IMG/VR virus record: IMGVR_UViG_3300042923_000601
Span: 182,690 to 246,689 of that record
Reading direction: 5' to 3' (one strand)
Length of the DNA stretch: 64,000 nucleotides
A model generated the notes under the pieces. The model was not told where the DNA came from and did not search any database. It worked only from the letters and a program-made list of their open reading frames with translations. Position numbers and translations under genes: made by a program. Below are positions 9,595-19,666 of the stretch, piece by piece. Each line of letters opens with the position of its first letter. The first letter of the stretch is position 1.

Positions 9595-10860
9595 ATGTCG
9601 AACGTAAAGAGGTCACACTTAATGGGACTATTTGAGCCCGGGGTTACCGCTGAAGAGGGTGATACCGTCTCGCACTATAACACATTTATCAAAAATGCGC
9701 TGACGCAAGCGGCATTATTGGTTGAAAATCCAAGAGTGCTACTTATCCCGTCGTACCATAACGAGGTGCAGGCGATTAGAGCCGATATCAAAGATAAAGA
9801 GGTCGAACTTATATCATATTTCTCGATCGCTGTCCCTATCATAGCCTCGGCTTTTGATGATGTTGATGACGTACAACCTCAAAACTTCATGATCTATTAT
9901 CGTGAATTTGATATTATTGTTGTTGATTACGTATACAGTGATGCATTTAGTACAACTAGCAGATATCTATTCATCGGTAATAATGCCGACAATGCAGCTC
10001 GGCTCAGCAAACATCTTCACCTCAAGCATAAAGAACGGCAACGGAAAGCCACTGCCGTCCCTTGGAAGTTTAAGTTTACAAGTCACGGTATGTCGTCCCA
10101 TGAGATGGACAAGTGGGCCCCAGTTTCTATGGATGATGTTGTTATGGATAAAGCATTCAAAGAAGACATAGCCAAGACGACCCACACTTTCTTTTCTGAC
10201 GGCGGCGAGTTCTACAAGACTCATGGCATCCCATATAAAAGAGGTATTCTTCTATATGGTGATCCGGGTAATGGAAAAACGACCCTGATCAGAGCCATAG
10301 TGTCGGCTTGTAAAGTCAAAACGTACTACTGGCAAATGAATGAATACGTTACTAGTGAGGGAGTCGACCAAGCTTTTGCTTACTTCGAAGACGAAGAAGA
10401 CCCAGTCATTCTGGTCATTGAAGATATCGATTCTATCCCTGACAAAACCCGTTCCACATTTTTAAATGCTATTGACGGCGCATCTACGCTTAATGGTGTA
10501 TTTATTATTGCAACAACGAACTACCCGGATCGAATTGACTCTGCACTAATGAATCGTGCTGGGCGGTTTGACCGGACTTACGAGGTTAAGAAACCTGATG
10601 CTGCAAACCGGGAAGCGTATCTCTTACACAAAGGACTTCTCTCTGTGGTAAATCCTGAAATCTTTAGCAGATTCGTTACGCTGACCGAAGGGTTTTCAAC
10701 CTCATCTCTTAACGAAATATACACTACTGCTGCTATTAAGAAATATTACCATGACACTATCGACCCGGATGAAATTGTAAACTCAATGAAGGTAACAATG
10801 GACAAGCAACGTAAGGGAGACTTTTCATCTAAAACTGAGAGACCCGTAGGTTTCTATTAA
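9595..10860 (+). CDS. AAA+ ATPase (YjoB-like), paralog of 8117..9370
   Basis: GIPYKRGILLYGDPGNGKT; VIEDID; TTNYPD..RAGRFD; ends VGFY. Confidence 0.9.
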   Translation: MSNVKRSHLMGLFEPGVTAEEGDTVSHYNTFIKNALTQAALLVENPRVLLIPSYHNEVQAIRADIKDKEVELISYFSIAVPIIASAFDDVDDVQPQNFMIYYREFDIIVVDYVYSDAFSTTSRYLFIGNNADNAARLSKHLHLKHKERQRKATAVPWKFKFTSHGMSSHEMDKWAPVSMDDVVMDKAFKEDIAKTTHTFFSDGGEFYKTHGIPYKRGILLYGDPGNGKTTLIRAIVSACKVKTYYWQMNEYVTSEGVDQAFAYFEDEEDPVILVIEDIDSIPDKTRSTFLNAIDGASTLNGVFIIATTNYPDRIDSALMNRAGRFDRTYEVKKPDAANREAYLLHKGLLSVVNPEIFSRFVTLTEGFSTSSLNEIYTTAAIKKYYHDTIDPDEIVNSMKVTMDKQRKGDFSSKTERPVGFY

Positions 10861-10868
10861 GATTCAAG

Positions 10869-10892
10869 CCAAGACACTTAACGGTGTCTTGG
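10869..10892 (+). terminator. hairpin
   Basis: ccaagacact-taac-ggtgtcttgg. Confidence 0.55.
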
Positions 10893-10919
10893 TATTATAT
10901 ATCAATCGGAGGTTAAAAT

Positions 10920-11162
10920 ATGGCAGTATTTATAAAACACCATATTCATACTGGACTGGTAAGCCATTTCTGTAAGTCTTGCCAGAAACAAGGTAAGTGG
11001 CGTGATGTTGCTAAGAAACACGAACGCCAGCGTTCATTTCTGCGGTGTAGTGGCTGCGGCCGGATTCACTTCATTCGGCACATCCCACACAAAGGATACC
11101 GCACTATACTAATCCCACAGTTGTTTACACGATTCATTCGATCGGAGGTAGGCGGGTTATGA
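10920..11162 (+). CDS. small basic Zn-ribbon protein
   Basis: CKSC...CSGC; GGAGGT RBS. Confidence 0.65.
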   Translation: MAVFIKHHIHTGLVSHFCKSCQKQGKWRDVAKKHERQRSFLRCSGCGRIHFIRHIPHKGYRTILIPQLFTRFIRSEVGGL

Positions 11163-11611
11163 TTGATATTGAACGTACTGCATCGGCAATTGCTGCAGGG
11201 GCCATAGCTTTTGGTGTCCTCTGGGCAGTATATTTCCTAATTGTACCCGTCTTAACGCACCGCGACATGACTCGCACATCTACCAATTACACCGTTAATC
11301 GCACATACAAGGATTTTGTAAAAGCATTCCATCGCTTCAATTGGTCAACTCACGGCTGGAAAGGTTCGCTGTTCGATGACGAGAACAACGCCAAAATCCA
11401 TGCCAGCATCATCATGTTTTCAGGCGTTGGTATGGTTCTTAATAATCCAATTGATTACTACCGCGCTAAACGCTATGTTAGAGCCTATATCAAACGGCTT
11501 GATCAATCTAGCATTACGGCACCATGGGAGCACAACGATAAGCTTGGACATCTTGTGATTCCAGATGATGGACCGCCAGTATATGTAAAGAGAGAAGACC
11601 TCGACAGATAG
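11159..11611 (+). CDS. membrane-anchored hypothetical protein
   Basis: N-terminal hydrophobic helix; GGAGGT RBS; ATGA overlap. Confidence 0.7.
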   Translation: MIDIERTASAIAAGAIAFGVLWAVYFLIVPVLTHRDMTRTSTNYTVNRTYKDFVKAFHRFNWSTHGWKGSLFDDENNAKIHASIIMFSGVGMVLNNPIDYYRAKRYVRAYIKRLDQSSITAPWEHNDKLGHLVIPDDGPPVYVKREDLDR

Positions 11612-11621
11612 GAGATTCATC

Positions 11622-11759
11622 ATGATAGGAATTGTAATTGTGACCATACTGATGATTTTCTGGCTTGCTGTTATACTCTCAGTTCTCGGTATTATCCATT
11701 TGGCCTTTAGTTGGTTCACCCGAGATGCTGATACCTATGACCATAATAATCTAAATTGA
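11622..11759 (+). CDS. 45-aa membrane peptide (not in ORF track)
   Basis: AGGAG RBS; MIGIVIVTILMIFWLAVILSVLGIIHLAFSWF. Confidence 0.6.
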   Translation: MIGIVIVTILMIFWLAVILSVLGIIHLAFSWFTRDADTYDHNNLN

Positions 11760-11803
11760 TTTAAACTTGTAAGTAGTAAATTGTACCCAAGGAGTGATTT
11801 ATA

Positions 11804-12532
11804 ATGTCCAATATTCAACCGCGAGTTCATGACATGCATTTGTATTTTGAAAAAGAAAGAGACCTCAAGGAATTTAAAAATGATATGCAAGAACTACTCA
11901 ACCCTTTCATGTCAGGGAAACGATGTGTCGATGCGTCATTGGAAGAACTCACTGTTGCGCTGAGTGCGTATATCCACCATGAAATGTGGGTTATGGGCAA
12001 GCACTTATCATCGGCGGCATCCATATTTGATAAGTATGATGGATATCAAGACACTGAACTGCGCATTGTTAGCCGGTTTGTTACACCAGTTGGTGACACG
12101 GCAATTATCCCGGGTCAATACACCACGATCCATGAACTGATCGAAGATGTTCAGGATTATGCCTTATATCAATTTGGACACGAGCTGACCCCGATGGTAA
12201 CGCTGGATAACCAGTCCCATAATACTGTGGTAACTGACATCATGCCTGCTATTTTCCCGCTGGGCGGAACCCGTTTATATGCAGGAATACCGCATTATAT
12301 CTATGCTGGTGATACCACACCGCTTAAACCTATCAGCAATAGTTTGTATTACGTTGATAGTCACGGGTTGTACATCGCGGTATATCAACACATGCCGTTC
12401 AGTGCTTCAACCTACAAGAACCTGTACCAGATGACGATCTTTGCTGATGCTACTTCCGTTAATCCGGAAGACTCTGTACGGAGGTTCTTGGAATCCATCA
12501 CCCTTAAGGGAGCGCCCAATCATGAAAATTAA
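11804..12532 (+). CDS. hypothetical protein (paralog of next gene)
   Basis: AAGGAG RBS; shares I.H..W and VQ.YA motifs with 12522..13178. Confidence 0.75.
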   Translation: MSNIQPRVHDMHLYFEKERDLKEFKNDMQELLNPFMSGKRCVDASLEELTVALSAYIHHEMWVMGKHLSSAASIFDKYDGYQDTELRIVSRFVTPVGDTAIIPGQYTTIHELIEDVQDYALYQFGHELTPMVTLDNQSHNTVVTDIMPAIFPLGGTRLYAGIPHYIYAGDTTPLKPISNSLYYVDSHGLYIAVYQHMPFSASTYKNLYQMTIFADATSVNPEDSVRRFLESITLKGAPNHEN

Positions 12533-13178
12533 CGAAATTGTTAATCTGTCTGAGTTTGTGTTTACCAGCCATTCTATTCGGACACTTCAGAGCCGGGTAG
12601 ATAGAGATGACTTTGATACAATGAGCATAGATGACGCTGCTCGTATAGCTATCAATCACTGTCTATGGACTCTCAATATGAATCCGGCATATATCCAGAA
12701 ATTAATAGAGCCCCTGGCTGAATTCAGCGTGGTCAAATATTCATCGACGCTGGTTGCTCCCACCTATGGACGTGCACTTACCACATCCGGTGTCGTTGAT
12801 GATGTTGTCGTCGCAGTTCAGGCATACGCTAAGCACAATCTGAATACCGATGTGTCGCTGGCTTATGTCGTAAATACTGATACTGACGCGTCATCCAGAT
12901 TCTTCGACTACTACGTGTCATTGCATGAACCAAGTATCCGTCTGGTCTCACATATGGTAATGTGCTCATTCAGCGGAAAGGACAGACACTTTGTAGAAGT
13001 ACCATCACATCTGACATACGATGCGCAAACTGGATGCTTGTTCGCTTGTATTACAAACGCAGAGATGACAGTTGAGGATTCGCAGGTTAATTTGATGGTA
13101 TTTGTACCATGTGACAAAGATGCAGCTGAAATACTCAATTTTATTAATAACATACCAGTTTTGGCTAACGGTGAATGA
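12522..13178 (+). CDS. hypothetical protein (paralog of previous gene)
   Basis: AAGGGAG RBS before ATG 12522. Confidence 0.75.
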   Translation: MKINEIVNLSEFVFTSHSIRTLQSRVDRDDFDTMSIDDAARIAINHCLWTLNMNPAYIQKLIEPLAEFSVVKYSSTLVAPTYGRALTTSGVVDDVVVAVQAYAKHNLNTDVSLAYVVNTDTDASSRFFDYYVSLHEPSIRLVSHMVMCSFSGKDRHFVEVPSHLTYDAQTGCLFACITNAEMTVEDSQVNLMVFVPCDKDAAEILNFINNIPVLANGE

Positions 13179-13179
13179 C

Positions 13180-13467
13180 ATGGGCAGAATCATTCACATT
13201 GCTGGCGGTCCGATAACCCAGACTCTACTTGTTGCGGCGGCTAAGAATGCCGCTGCAGTAGGTATGAAATATATGGGAGTACTGACCACGTTGCCAAATA
13301 CGCCTAAGCCTGAGCTTCTGATTGACCCAAGTGAGAATTTCGAAGCCAAGCTGGAGTACATTGCTTCTACATATGATGACAATCTTAGCCATAAATACTC
13401 TAAGGGCGTCACTATCCTCGAAGTAAAGTTCGCTAATAGCTTGTCGGATTTCGAAACTCTGCTCTAA
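13180..13467 (+). CDS. conserved Bacillota-phage small protein
   Basis: KYMGV..PELLIDP.ENFEAKLEY...YDDNL.HK pattern typical of a widespread phage family; start uncertain (GTG 13171 or ATG 13180). Confidence 0.65.
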   Translation: MGRIIHIAGGPITQTLLVAAAKNAAAVGMKYMGVLTTLPNTPKPELLIDPSENFEAKLEYIASTYDDNLSHKYSKGVTILEVKFANSLSDFETLL

Positions 13468-13523
13468 TACCATACCAAGAGACACCCAATAGTCGGGTGT
13501 CTCTATTTTACAGAGGTGATATA

Positions 13524-14048
13524 GTGGATATTCAAGTTACAAGAGTTGTCAACTTGCACAAGGAAGAGTACGATGTTCGAATTGATCGTAAGACTATGTG
13601 GGGTAATCCATTCCCCATTAACAAATTCGCAAAGCCAGCACAGGAAAGAAACCGGGTGTGTGATTTACATGATGAAGATTTCTGGCATGACCACTCTAGA
13701 TGGAGTGAATTACACACTCTTATCGGGAAAAGGCTGGGGTGCCACTGTGCACCTAAGCGATGCCACGGTGATTTCTTAGCCAGGGAAGCAAACCTTCTAT
13801 ACCTATACTCCCAAAAGGAAATGGGCACTGTTAGTATCCAGGAGTTGTTCACTCAACGACATAAAAGGATTAAACTGTATGGTATGATTATGGGTGAGAC
13901 GGTTCCGAGAGTAACGCCCGGCATTATATCATCCGTAACATGGCACCACAGCGGGAGATATTATATCGTCTCACTACAGTCCCTTGCTGATGAGAATGTG
14001 GTATTTGAATTACCATCAGCATGGGTTACAGGCTGGCTACCATTATAA
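13524..14048 (+). CDS. DUF4326 domain protein with C-terminal extension
   Basis: YDVRIDR..WGNPF..L.GKRLGCHCAPKRCHGDFL; GAGGTG RBS before GTG 13524. Confidence 0.8.
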   Translation: MDIQVTRVVNLHKEEYDVRIDRKTMWGNPFPINKFAKPAQERNRVCDLHDEDFWHDHSRWSELHTLIGKRLGCHCAPKRCHGDFLAREANLLYLYSQKEMGTVSIQELFTQRHKRIKLYGMIMGETVPRVTPGIISSVTWHHSGRYYIVSLQSLADENVVFELPSAWVTGWLPL

Positions 14049-14062
14049 AGGAGGAATTATTA

Positions 14063-14470
14063 ATGTCTAATGAAAAAATGGTCGAAGTATATACTCCAAG
14101 CAAGCCGTATCAAAAACCTGTACCTGAATTCTTGTTGCCTAACGGGACGATTGTCACTTTGCACACTGACTTGTACAAGGGTAAGGAGATAAAACGTGAG
14201 ATTAAGGATTCGCTCCCAAGCGATCAATATCCTCATCGATATCACCTTAAAGAGTACGATTATACGTGTGAAGACCACGACTTCGCATCTATTCAGCTAC
14301 CCGATGGTACGGTGTTACGTAAGAGCACGTCGTGGGATAAACTTAAACATATGACGTTAAAAACATTCTTGGAGCATATCTCCAGTGATTACATGGAAGA
14401 TGCACCTGTTGGTGTCAACGCAGGTATGACGCTTGCACGGTATCTCGATGAACTTGTAGACTCAAAATAA
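14063..14470 (+). CDS. hypothetical protein
   Basis: AAGGAGG RBS before ATG 14063. Confidence 0.7.
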   Translation: MSNEKMVEVYTPSKPYQKPVPEFLLPNGTIVTLHTDLYKGKEIKREIKDSLPSDQYPHRYHLKEYDYTCEDHDFASIQLPDGTVLRKSTSWDKLKHMTLKTFLEHISSDYMEDAPVGVNAGMTLARYLDELVDSK

Positions 14471-14480
14471 TTAAATCAGA

Positions 14481-14520
14481 CATACTCTCTTAACCGGGAG
14501 TATGTCCTTTATTTTTTTAG
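14481..14520 (+). repeat. 40-bp direct repeat copy 1 (terminator hairpin + T-tract)
   Basis: catactctcttaaccgggagtatgtcctttatttttttag; 38/40 identical to 15545..15584. Confidence 0.9.
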
Positions 14521-14534
14521 GTTTCCGTCACGTT

Positions 14535-14546
14535 GACATTAATATA
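14535..14546 (+). promoter_or_regulatory. late-type promoter motif GACA-N6-TA
   Basis: gaca-ttaata-ta just upstream of a head-paralog gene. Confidence 0.5.
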
Positions 14547-14560
14547 AAACACACGAGAGG

Positions 14561-15532
14561 ATGGCGGACATGCACCCTATACAATACAAACTTAAGTTGA
14601 TTAAAGAAGGTGTGTCACTAGATACCCTTAGCACAACATCTTCAAATTTTGATGTTATGAATGCTATGCGGTTGTCATTGTATGAGACACTGACACATAC
14701 CGAAGAAGTGAGTGTACTAACCGAGGCTGACGGACCTTCTGCTATGGATAAAATAAAAGATGCTATTAAAGCTCTTATACAACGGATTACAGCTTTTTTC
14801 AGTAAGATGACAGCTCAGCTCAAGGCGAACAATGACCCACGACAAGCGTTCGTTAAAAAGAATTTATCGATCTTAAAGGCGTATAAGGCAGGAGGGCTCT
14901 ACGATACTGGTGATGATCACCTACCCACTATTTCTATTCCGAAGAACCTGAGTAATACGGTGAATTTTTCTAAATTTTATTCAACTGTCGATACTGCCGT
15001 GAAGTATTGTGATGAAATAGTAGCTGGTAAGAGCCCAACGTACCCCTTTAGGTCTGTGGCTGGCAGGCATGAACCACGGCATACGAGCGAACACATCGCG
15101 TCTGATATGATGCAAGCGATATTTGGAGGATTTGCGACAGCTGATAGTGTAATGTCCTCTGTATACGGCAATATCTCTGCAATTAGAGTTGATCGTCTAC
15201 CCGACGTACCTAAACTGGCAGACTTGTTTCTGTCGGATTATGAAAAAGGGCTGGACAAATTGCACGAAATTGCCCCTGCTATTACGACCAGTCTTAATAG
15301 GGCCATAAATGCCTCATCGCAACATGTTCGTGACCCAAAAGACCCAGCTAGTCAAACAGTAGAATATCGGGATCACCGTTCAGCGCTGTATGGAGCGATT
15401 GATGCATACAACGCTATCATCAAATTAGTACACTCATTCATATCGACCGTCATGTACGGGTATAATATGATATATAAAGTATTACACGCGGCGGTTTCAT
15501 ATGTAAAAGGTCATGGTACTGCTGGCAAATAG
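14561..15532 (+). CDS. internal head (inner-body-like) paralog-family protein
   Basis: LYET/LTEA putative cleavage sites followed by amphipathic helix KIKDAIKALIQRITAFF, shared with the 26.7-36 kb paralogs. Confidence 0.65.
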   Translation: MADMHPIQYKLKLIKEGVSLDTLSTTSSNFDVMNAMRLSLYETLTHTEEVSVLTEADGPSAMDKIKDAIKALIQRITAFFSKMTAQLKANNDPRQAFVKKNLSILKAYKAGGLYDTGDDHLPTISIPKNLSNTVNFSKFYSTVDTAVKYCDEIVAGKSPTYPFRSVAGRHEPRHTSEHIASDMMQAIFGGFATADSVMSSVYGNISAIRVDRLPDVPKLADLFLSDYEKGLDKLHEIAPAITTSLNRAINASSQHVRDPKDPASQTVEYRDHRSALYGAIDAYNAIIKLVHSFISTVMYGYNMIYKVLHAAVSYVKGHGTAGK

Positions 15533-15544
15533 GTATAGATCGGG

Positions 15545-15584
15545 CATACTCTCATAGCCGGGAGTATGTCCTTTATTTTTTTAG
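15545..15584 (+). repeat. 40-bp direct repeat copy 2 (terminator hairpin + T-tract)
   Basis: catactctcatagccgggagtatgtcctttatttttttag. Confidence 0.9.
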
Positions 15585-15630
15585 CTTCCGCCAAACCTCC
15601 TATAGAAGAAGTATTATGGAGGAATCATCC

Positions 15631-16323
15631 ATGGCAAATAAAAGAAAGATTAAATCCCGCAAGGATCGTCTCGCCCAATATCATGCTGACATCGTAGATA
15701 TTCCCAGAGGTGATCCGTTCGATAGGCTTGTGCATTGTTTGGGAGACAAATTAACGGAAGACAAGATGTTGAAAATCTTAAAGAGAAAGGAGATTATCGA
15801 GAACCAACTAACCTACTCGTGCTTCAAGATTACATACTACGAGTATCCAATTAACTCGGAACGTCCTCGATCCCGGGCAATGGGCGGGTTTGTTACAAAC
15901 TATGTTCCTAATGCCAAGGAGAACAAGAAGTTCTTAGAGGGCTTAATTAAAGATTTGAAGAAGGAAATCAAGATCATTCATACACCTATTTATTTGAAAT
16001 GTGACTCATATCATCCCATGCCAGAAGCCGCGTCAGTTGAAGAAAAGGTTCTATTCGAAATGGGTATTCTAAACCCGGCGATGAAGCCCGACTTCGATAA
16101 TATGATCAAGGCATATACCGACATGATGATTGAGAAGATTATTCTGGATGATGACCTCATCTACAAAGCACTCATTCAAAAGCATTATTCATTCCTCCCG
16201 AGAGTGGAGATGTCTATTTATTACGAGGATCAATTTGCCTCTAAATATGTATACGACCGTATCCGCAAACGGGAAACATTTAAACGATTGCAAGATCATA
16301 TGGAAGTCGCACATTTATTGTGA
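15631..16323 (+). CDS. rusA: RusA-like Holliday junction resolvase
   Basis: RPR motif; KPDFDNMIKAYTD..ILDDDLI..PRVEMSI catalytic pattern. Confidence 0.8.
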   Translation: MANKRKIKSRKDRLAQYHADIVDIPRGDPFDRLVHCLGDKLTEDKMLKILKRKEIIENQLTYSCFKITYYEYPINSERPRSRAMGGFVTNYVPNAKENKKFLEGLIKDLKKEIKIIHTPIYLKCDSYHPMPEAASVEEKVLFEMGILNPAMKPDFDNMIKAYTDMMIEKIILDDDLIYKALIQKHYSFLPRVEMSIYYEDQFASKYVYDRIRKRETFKRLQDHMEVAHLL

Positions 16324-16335
16324 GGAGGGTCTATA

Positions 16336-16992
16336 GTGACCAAATACATCGCAATTGAGGGCCTCGACGGCTCCGGGAAGGCTACGACATCGGACGAAGT
16401 TGCCCATATCTTAACAATACACGGGTATACCGTCCAAGTCGTGTCGTTCCCCATGTACCAAAAGTGGCATTCGGCACCTATACGAAACCATTTAAACAAT
16501 AAGGAAGGAGGTCTATTTGGGGATAACCCATATCTGATCTCCTTCCTTTATGCTTTTGATCGCGCGTGTTGGGCTTTCACGCATAAGCTTAAAAAGAAGC
16601 CAGACTATGTTATCTTCGATCGGTACGCCACCAGTAATATGGTATATCAGGCGATGAAAGTTGATACCGACGAAAAGAAATACCGACTGATCAAGTTCAT
16701 TAAGGCGCTGGAGTACGGCTTCTTTCGGATACCTAAACCCGATCAAGTATTCATGCTTGAAGTACCGGTAGATGTATCAATCGAAAGACTTAAACAGCGC
16801 GCTGTGCAAGACAGGTACGAGAACGAAGAAACACAGGAACGTGCCCGCCTGAATATGATGAAAGTGGGCAATTGGCTAGGCTGGATTCGTATCCCAACCA
16901 GTTCGTCTAATGGGAAACGATACAGTAAAGAAGTTATCGCCCGTATGATTGTCGGGCCTTTGAAATACAAACACACATCTAATGAGGAGTGA
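16336..16992 (+). CDS. tmk: thymidylate (dNMP) kinase
   Basis: IEGLDGSGKAT P-loop; SFP; DRYATSN; PDQVFML. Confidence 0.9.
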   Translation: MTKYIAIEGLDGSGKATTSDEVAHILTIHGYTVQVVSFPMYQKWHSAPIRNHLNNKEGGLFGDNPYLISFLYAFDRACWAFTHKLKKKPDYVIFDRYATSNMVYQAMKVDTDEKKYRLIKFIKALEYGFFRIPKPDQVFMLEVPVDVSIERLKQRAVQDRYENEETQERARLNMMKVGNWLGWIRIPTSSSNGKRYSKEVIARMIVGPLKYKHTSNEE

Positions 16993-16998
16993 CCATAA

Positions 16999-17367
16999 AT
17001 GAAATTGGCTAATCTTATCACACTGCGGGAGATTGCATACAATAAAACTCCCTTGGCTGAAATCGTAAAGACAGTAGCATCTGAGCGCCCTGCAGACATT
17101 GAAGTTATTTCTGCAGATACAACATCGCACACATATATCCGCACTGTCATGGATAAATCGGAACTGAACCGGCTTATCCTGGCCAGCATTGCAGAGCAGC
17201 TTGGTGAATTGGAATCGCATGAACCGCTAGAGGACCTTAACGTGTCATCAAGCGATGCGGCAGACGCCGTGAGAAATGCTGATCCATTCTTGTTTTTCCA
17301 GCTTGAGCCATCATTCCGTAAATCATGTAATGGTAATGTATATTATGTAGAAGCGTGCAGCGCATAA
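16999..17367 (+). CDS. hypothetical protein
   Basis: GAGGAG RBS; ends at convergent terminator. Confidence 0.65.
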   Translation: MKLANLITLREIAYNKTPLAEIVKTVASERPADIEVISADTTSHTYIRTVMDKSELNRLILASIAEQLGELESHEPLEDLNVSSSDAADAVRNADPFLFFQLEPSFRKSCNGNVYYVEACSA

Positions 17368-17405
17368 GAAAACCGGTAGGGAGCAGATGCCCCTACCGGT
17401 CTTTT
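17368..17405. terminator. bidirectional terminator
   Basis: accggtaggg..ccctaccggt flanked by A- and T-tracts between convergent genes. Confidence 0.75.
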
Positions 17406-17409
17406 ACGT

Positions 17410-19623
17410 TTAATTTGTGCCGTAGTAATAGTCGTTCATCATCTTGTCCAACTTGTGCTTTGGATATTTCTCCAGATTCAGCGTGTTGAACGTCTCATGG
17501 ATGGTATACAGGACAATCGCTTCATTCAGGATCGTTTTCTTATTCTCCAGAATGTCAACGTGTCCGCTGGACGCTGCTTCTTGTACATACTTACGGGAAC
17601 GACTTACTACCATAGCCTCGAACAAGGACTCAGGCTCATTCAGCCCGGTGTTACCAATACGAGCCTTACCAGCCGATTCTTCAAGAGAAGATTTCATCTT
17701 GTTGAGATCAGATGGAGTCAGCTTGTTCAGGAACTCCTGGTTCTCCTTGTCGCGCTTAGTGGCGCGTTTTTCTTCGTTTTCGATGACTTTAACAACCCGT
17801 TTTTTGATGATCTTGGTTGCATCGTCTTTACCGTTTGCCTTCGAGATGGTTTCCAGCAGCTCTCTTTCGTCGCTATCAAGGAAATCCAGCTCAGTAGGAT
17901 ATTGTCCTTCCTGCAGGCGGACGTGGATTGCATGAGGGATATTAGAAGTTGTCAAGCCATGAGTCTGGTCATAGAGAGCAGATTCCAGGCAAGCGCATTC
18001 CAAATTACCTTTCATGCAGGGGTTGGTTTGAATGGTTTTCTGCAGCACGTTCTTATCGGAATCGTCACCGGTGGTATCACGGACGACGGCACCGATAAAC
18101 CCGATTTCGTCAGCTGTTGCTTCAAACAATGTCAGATAGGACGCGCCGTCAAGGGCGGATTCAACCAGTTCTTCCATTGTACCGTGAGCATCTTCACGGA
18201 ATACTTTCTTCCCGTCGCCGTCTTTACCGGCAGCGAGGTAGCCAGAGAGTTTCTTTTTAGCTGCGGTGAGTTTTGCAATCTTCTTCTCGTCACCTTTAGC
18301 TTTCTTAATACCTTTATCCAAAATGGCGATAGCCTTTTCAACTTCACGAATTGCCGCGATGCGGTCAGAATCCTTTGTTGAACGGAGTGCACGTACTGCG
18401 GCATATCCAAAGACTGCAACCAAAGCTGCCAACGCACCTACTGTTTGTGTGTTATACACCACAAAGGATGGCAGTGCATCAATGAATTTTTGCATATACA
18501 GCTTACCCTTAGGGAGGGAGTAGCCTGCTTTAAGGCGTTCAGCATCAGAAGTTAGAGCTGTAATAAGAGCCTCTTCCTTATCCTCAACTTTCCCACCTGC
18601 TTCGGTCACATAGCCGCCGTTTTCAACTGCGAATATGATATCGTCAGCTGTTTCCAAGTTAAGCTCAGTGGATTCCTGAACTATACCAGCCTGAACAGCT
18701 GCTGCGGTGATCAGGTTTTGAACCTCACCTGTTCTGTCAATCAGGCTTTCCAGTCTGCTGAAAAGGTTCTGGTCGCCATTTGCTTCATTCGCTGCAACCA
18801 GTAACCGCGCTTGAATATCCTGAATATGTGCAATATACATCGACGCGTATTGTGCCTGTACTGGGAGTTTGATCGCGTCGGTTACTGCATTCAGGTACAA
18901 GTTCACGGTGAAGAGAACGGAACTAACGGAGAATCCCGGGATATTGAAAGCTTTGAAGCCCAGTGTAATCAAGTTGGCAACAGAGTCGCCCACTGTGATC
19001 GGAGCGTAGCTTTCAGTGTCCTGCAGTTTAGCGTTGATTGCTTTAGCGACATTAGAAACCGATCCCGCTTGATCCACTTCAGCCATATCCGATTCCGTGA
19101 AGGCACGGTAGGCACTGGATACCAGTTTAATGGTGGAGGAATCGCTGTAGTCGTTTTCCAGCAGGTGCTTGTAGAGTGCGCCGCTATGCTGGGCAAGGCG
19201 GTACGCAGATTCTGCAACGGAAGTCACGATAACGTTGGATTCCTGGATGTGCTTGTTGAAATCCTTAAAGGTCTTGATGTTGTTGTCACTTAGCACCTTG
19301 GTAAATGCAGACTCGAACATCGCTTTCAGCGGATGCGCGTAGTAATCCTTAGTCGATTCATCCAGAAGGAGTGAATCATGGAATACGGAGTAAACGGCTT
19401 CCTGTACAGCATAAATGGCAGCAGCGTCAACTGCATCAGCCTCGTTTACCCAACGTGTAAAGGCGTTGTTTTCCAGCATAGCGTATTCAGCTTCAAGTCC
19501 TTTGAGAGACTCGCTGATGAATTTAGCCTGGGCTTCTCCTTTGAGGCGCTGGTTTTCAATATCGGCTTTCTGACGGTTTCTCAAAGTAGATGCTTCGAGA
19601 ATGAATGAATCCATATCAAACAT
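17410..19623 (-). CDS. large head/prohead-core protein with many protease-type sites
   Basis: About 20 hydrophobic-x-E-(A/S/N) motifs (ILEA, ISES, VNEA, VQEA, IQES, VTEA, LFEA, LNEA...); late motif upstream. Confidence 0.6.
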   Translation of the reverse strand: MFDMDSFILEASTLRNRQKADIENQRLKGEAQAKFISESLKGLEAEYAMLENNAFTRWVNEADAVDAAAIYAVQEAVYSVFHDSLLLDESTKDYYAHPLKAMFESAFTKVLSDNNIKTFKDFNKHIQESNVIVTSVAESAYRLAQHSGALYKHLLENDYSDSSTIKLVSSAYRAFTESDMAEVDQAGSVSNVAKAINAKLQDTESYAPITVGDSVANLITLGFKAFNIPGFSVSSVLFTVNLYLNAVTDAIKLPVQAQYASMYIAHIQDIQARLLVAANEANGDQNLFSRLESLIDRTGEVQNLITAAAVQAGIVQESTELNLETADDIIFAVENGGYVTEAGGKVEDKEEALITALTSDAERLKAGYSLPKGKLYMQKFIDALPSFVVYNTQTVGALAALVAVFGYAAVRALRSTKDSDRIAAIREVEKAIAILDKGIKKAKGDEKKIAKLTAAKKKLSGYLAAGKDGDGKKVFREDAHGTMEELVESALDGASYLTLFEATADEIGFIGAVVRDTTGDDSDKNVLQKTIQTNPCMKGNLECACLESALYDQTHGLTTSNIPHAIHVRLQEGQYPTELDFLDSDERELLETISKANGKDDATKIIKKRVVKVIENEEKRATKRDKENQEFLNKLTPSDLNKMKSSLEESAGKARIGNTGLNEPESLFEAMVVSRSRKYVQEAASSGHVDILENKKTILNEAIVLYTIHETFNTLNLEKYPKHKLDKMMNDYYYGTN

Positions 19624-19654
19624 GGAAATTCCCCTTTCTTTGCGTAGAGTAACT

Positions 19655-19666
19655 TAATTGGATGTT
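19655..19666 (-). promoter_or_regulatory. late-type promoter motif AACA-N6-TA
   Basis: minus strand aaca-tccaat-ta. Confidence 0.6.

Noticed and set aside
13180-13467. Assignment as Tad1/Tad2 anti-Thoeris sponge
   Set aside because: Lacks the motifs I recall for Tad1 or Tad2; left as conserved hypothetical
14481-15584. Possible CRISPR repeats or IS ends
   Set aside because: Only two copies about 1 kb apart with terminator structure; no spacer array, cas gene or transposase
17455-18381. 308-aa plus-strand ORF
   Set aside because: Antisense shadow of the 737-aa head protein
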